Positions 61,657 to 64,000 of a DNA stretch of 64,000 bases are shown here, one piece after another. The notes beneath the pieces were generated by a model. That model was not told where the DNA came from. It worked only from the letters and a program-made list of their open reading frames with translations, and made no database searches. Made by a program: the position numbers and the translations under genes. Positions within the stretch are counted from its first letter, which is position 1. Every line of letters starts with the position of its first letter. The DNA comes from an uncultured delta proteobacterium (GTDB lineage Bacteria > Desulfobacterota > Binatia > UBA9968), in the NCBI GenBank assembly GCA_963771465.1, contig CAVYTU010000014.1, positions 288,001-352,000 on the forward strand, given 5' to 3'.

Positions 61657-62852
61657 AGGGCTCTCGGGCCATCGACGGCCCTGGGCAGAATCCAAGAGAC
61701 AAATCCGCACGCCACCGCGCTTGCCGCCACCGCCACCGGCACGGGAAGAACCGCGGCCACGCTGCCGATGCAAATCGCGCCCAGCGAGCCGAAACCGCGG
61801 TCGAGAAAAAATAAGCTCATGGCGCGTCCGAGCATATGATCGGGACACTCCTCTTGAATGATCGCCCGCGCCAGCACCCGATAGCTCATCTGCATCGAGC
61901 CGACAGCCGCGAGCAGAAGCACGGACAAGATCAGCAACGGCGAGAGCGCGAATAGAAAAATCGCCACCGCGTAGATCAAGCTCGCGCCAACCAATAACCG
62001 CCGCATGCCTTTTAGCCGCGTGTGGGTCGAGAGAAAAAAACTGATCAGCACCGCGCCCACGCCGGGAGCCGCAACCAGGACACCGTAGCCGGCCGGGCCG
62101 ACGTGTAAAACTTCCTGGGCAAAGTAGGGCAGAAACTGCGCATAGGAGATGCCGAAAAAACCATTCGAATAGGTCGTGAGTATCGTCGCAGAGAGCCGGC
62201 GATTCTCGCGCATGTAAGAAATGCCCGCGACAATATCTTTCAACCAATCGCCCCTAGCCGCGCTCACCGGCGTAGCTTGCGGCGGCATCTTCCAAAGCGT
62301 AACGAGCATGCCGACAATCGACAGCGCCTGCACCAACAGACATGGCCCCGGACCGACCAGAGTCAGCAAAACGCCGCCGATGGACGGCCCGATCACTTTG
62401 GTCAAGTTGTGGGTTGCCGAGTTGATCGCCAGCGCGCTCACCACTCCTTCTTGCGGCACCAGCGAGACGATCACGACCTGCTGTGCCGCCGTGCTAAACG
62501 AGCTGACGATCGCCATGAAAATCACCAGCAGGACGATATGCCAGAACTCAAGCAGGCCGGCGAAAACCAGAAAAGCGAAAATAAGGCACTGAATCAAATT
62601 AGCGACGCGGCTGAGAATCAGCAGCTTCATGCGATCCATCCGGTCGGCGACTACGCCGCCGATGGGACCAAAGATAAAACGCGGCGCAAACTCAAAAAAA
62701 CCGAGTAAGCCCAAGTGGAATGCCGAGTGAGTCAGCTCCCAAGCCAGCCAGTTCTGCACGACAAAATGAATATACTCGCCGGTCTCGGCTGGAAAGTAAC
62801 CGAGGGTAAAGCGGCGAAACTCAGGGTAGCGCAGTGCCGGGGGAAGTCTCAC
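61653..62852 (-). CDS. MFS transporter
   Basis: About 12 TMs, 'GVVADRMDRMKLL'; same subfamily as 57109..58377. Confidence 0.92.
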   Translation of the reverse strand: MRLPPALRYPEFRRFTLGYFPAETGEYIHFVVQNWLAWELTHSAFHLGLLGFFEFAPRFIFGPIGGVVADRMDRMKLLILSRVANLIQCLIFAFLVFAGLLEFWHIVLLVIFMAIVSSFSTAAQQVVIVSLVPQEGVVSALAINSATHNLTKVIGPSIGGVLLTLVGPGPCLLVQALSIVGMLVTLWKMPPQATPVSAARGDWLKDIVAGISYMRENRRLSATILTTYSNGFFGISYAQFLPYFAQEVLHVGPAGYGVLVAAPGVGAVLISFFLSTHTRLKGMRRLLVGASLIYAVAIFLFALSPLLILSVLLLAAVGSMQMSYRVLARAIIQEECPDHMLGRAMSLFFLDRGFGSLGAICIGSVAAVLPVPVAVAASAVACGFVSWILPRAVDGPRAL

Positions 62853-62975
62853 GTGATGGAAGACGCCTTATCGACGAAACCGAGCGTTCGTCGGCGGACG
62901 AGTACCGGCGCCGACTATATTACGCGCCGAGCGCCAAGTCCAATTTGCTGTTTACGGTCAAATGTTCTTGTCAGT

Positions 62976-63197
62976 GTGAACGATTTCGACTACAAGAAAC
63001 TAGCGGCGCAACAACAGTTCCCGGAGGCTCATTTGGAGCAGAAGACCGAACTTCATACGGCAAAAGTAGCAGAGGAAGAAAACTGGTGGGATTTCTGTCC
63101 GATCTGTAACACCAGGCTAATAAACCAGAAGTGCAAGTACATCTGTCCAGGCCCGAAGTGTAATTTTTTCATGAGCTGCAGTGAATTTGATCTCTGA
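62976..63197 (+). CDS. Small Cys-rich, probable zinc-finger protein
   Basis: C-terminal CPIC...KCKYICPGPKCNFFMSCSEF; the GTG start is inferred. Confidence 0.65.
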   Translation: MNDFDYKKLAAQQQFPEAHLEQKTELHTAKVAEEENWWDFCPICNTRLINQKCKYICPGPKCNFFMSCSEFDL

Positions 63198-63245
63198 CGA
63201 TACCCGTTGGCGATCTTGACCGCGTTGGGGTAAAAGACAAAAATC

Positions 63246-63974
63246 ATGGCGAAAAGCGCTGGCATCGTTATCATCGGCAACGAAGTCTTGTCAGGCAAGA
63301 CCCAGGACATCAATTCGCATTTTTTCTGCACCGAGTTGCGCCAGCTTGGCGTCGAAGTGCAAAGGATCTCGACGATCCAAGATGAAATCGATTTGATCGG
63401 CCGTGAAGTCGCCGAGTTTTCCCAGCGCTTCGATTTTGTTTTTACTTCCGGCGGCATCGGCCCGACCCATGATGACGTTACCATCGAAGGCATCGCCCAC
63501 GGCTTCGGCGTCAAAGTCGTCTGTCATCCGGATATCGAAAAGCGCATGCGTCAACGCCTGGGCGCCGATTTGAACGAAGCGCGGCTGCGCATGGCCAACG
63601 TCCCCGACGGCGCGACATTGCTCTGCGCCGATGCTCCCTTCGCGCCCATCGTCACCATTCGTAATGTTTACATTTTCCCCGGCATCCCGAAGATTCTCCA
63701 AGAACGCTTTCACGCCATCAAAGAGCGATTTCGCGACGCGCCTTATTTCCTTAAGAATGTTTACGTCAAACATGGTGAAGGCATCATCGCCGCCATGCTC
63801 AATGATCTCCTTGTGAGATTTCCCCAGCTCATGCTGGGCTCCTATCCGGTGCTCGATTTGCCGGATTATAAAGTCAAAGTCACTTTGGAATCGAAGGACG
63901 CCAGCTATCTTGATCAAGCGCTTAAAACCTTCGTCGCCTCCCTGCCAAAAGATTCGGTTCACCGCATCGATTGA
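63246..63974 (+). CDS. CinA-like molybdopterin-binding-fold protein (no PncC domain)
   Basis: 'IGNEVLSGKTQDIN', 'TSGGIGPTHDDVT', 'FPGIP'. Confidence 0.88.
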   Translation: MAKSAGIVIIGNEVLSGKTQDINSHFFCTELRQLGVEVQRISTIQDEIDLIGREVAEFSQRFDFVFTSGGIGPTHDDVTIEGIAHGFGVKVVCHPDIEKRMRQRLGADLNEARLRMANVPDGATLLCADAPFAPIVTIRNVYIFPGIPKILQERFHAIKERFRDAPYFLKNVYVKHGEGIIAAMLNDLLVRFPQLMLGSYPVLDLPDYKVKVTLESKDASYLDQALKTFVASLPKDSVHRID

Positions 63975-64000
63975 ACGCTAGCCAGCGTGGACCGTTTCGA

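Overview
GC-rich bacterial chromosome window. The gene complement (poly-GAF protein, orphan NMT1/SsuA-like binding proteins, USP-like and cytidylate-kinase-like/BON proteins) resembles Candidatus Binatia or other uncultured Deltaproteobacteria-like genomes; this taxonomy is an inference. Positions 1-26.9 kb are an accessory, mosaic region: a poly-GAF sensor, ferritin-like diiron protein, CPBP fusion, GIY-YIG-like/SPOR fusion, SDR, UbiD, GFA, serine hydrolase, MBL hydrolases, cupins, a duplicated flavoprotein and several 5' gene stubs. All frameshifts I found lie in this half and may be long-read consensus errors. Positions 27-64 kb are mostly intact core genes (glnE, lpxA, yacG, tRNA-Gly, ECF sigma/anti-sigma, PTPS, yqeC-mocA, pyrD, frmA, coxS/M/G-like, olsB-olsA, rlmE, galT, glmU-glmS, cinA-like) with two accessory-looking operons: histidine kinase + sensor-only protein + lipoprotein, and GT2 synthase + GH26 + BcsS-like barrel. 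No CRISPR array, integrase, transposase or phage gene was seen. The best leads are the three-gene GT2/GH26/barrel polysaccharide system, the GIY-YIG-like-TM-SPOR protein, a set of sigma54 promoters with a shared GTAA-N8-TTAC paired motif at two loci, and recurrent leaderless sigma70 promoters. None can be shown to be novel without database searches.
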